From assembly GCF_001194135.2 (NCBI RefSeq), contig NC_068981.1:70767515-70817470 (forward strand): DNA of 49,956 bases, read 5' to 3'. The first letter of the stretch is position 1; each line of letters opens with the position of its first letter. The position numbers and the translations under genes are program-made. This DNA is from Octopus bimaculoides (Eukaryota). Positions 48,979 through 49,956 of the stretch are shown one piece after another. The notes under the pieces were generated by a model. It was not told where the DNA came from, did no database searches, and saw nothing but the letters and a program-made list of their open reading frames with translations.

Positions 48979-49956
48979 AACACGTGTAATCTTTTTGTTA
49001 TATTTATCTTATGATATTTACTTTACTTTATATTATACTCATTTATTGTGCTTTTAATTATTAATTTTTCTATATGTGATAGTGGATTTTCATCGATGAG
49101 TTCTTGAAAATTGGTTATTTTCCCTAAAACTATATATATTTTATATATACTTTATCTATAAGGCTCAATTTAATTTTAATTTTTTATAAATTGATTTTAA
49201 TTGAGTGTTTTACCTGTAATTTTGGATTTTGTCCCTAATAATATTATATATATATATATATGTATATCTGTTTTCTAGTTTCATTACACTTCTATATTTT
49301 GTACAGTTCTCCACTTTTCTCGTCAATACATAGCCCACAAAACAGTTTACCTCTTCACAATACCTAATACTCTGCCTCTATATCTGTCTAGATATAAATA
49401 TATAGCTAGTTAAATATAACTACAAGTAAATGAAAGTATATTTTATGGTGGCTCTTGAAACAAGGAACACATATCCAGAGAACAGAAGGCCTAGATGACC
49501 TTAGAGTCCACTACATAGAATGAGCCAATGGTTCACAAAGTGATTTCTCAACTATTACTCATACCAACATCACGTCCGCTCGATTACACACGATATGAGT
49601 TCTGTCCCATTGAAATTAACTCCAAATCTATTAAACAACACCAGAAATTTTCACATTTATAGTGACACTGTCTTAAAACGAAAACAGTATAACACATATT
49701 CTGCCTATAGATTTTCATTTTGGTTTTTATTATCGTTGGAGCATTGGGCTACGTTACAACTGACATGCATAAAAATTTTAAAACGCTTGGAATCCCCAAA
49801 ACAGAACGGAGGAAACTGATTGTCATCACCAAGTAAAATCGATTAGATATACAGTGAAATTTTGTTAAATGTTTCAGGGATTCTCTATCAGACTAACCTT
49901 GGTGAAGTTGAACTTATGCATATAATCATCTCTCTATCTCTCTCTCCCTCTCTCTC

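Overview
AT-rich eukaryotic draft-assembly sequence with seven N-gaps, most abutting simple repeats, and dense microsatellites. The SINE and repeat families look like those I associate with Octopus/cephalopod genomes; this taxon call is from recall, not from a search. I recognise no intact host protein-coding gene, rRNA, true tRNA or CRISPR array, and most track ORFs are microsatellite or N-gap artefacts. The window is intronic or intergenic and full of decayed transposons: three Penelope-like (PLE) remnants, two RTE LINE remnants, an R4/Dong-like LINE 3' end, a Tx1/L1-like ORF1 with no ORF2, a Helitron 3' end, four Tc1/mariner-type elements, hAT-like fragments, an LTR end with a tRNA-Ser PBS, and many tRNA-derived SINEs. 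The best leads are decayed hammerhead-like motifs linked to PLEs, the ORF1-only element with a nearby inverted partial copy, a fold-back pair of mariner 5' ends, one unexplained ORF and several orphan splice-flanked exon candidates. I cannot support a claim of a clearly novel biological system. All translations were done by eye.
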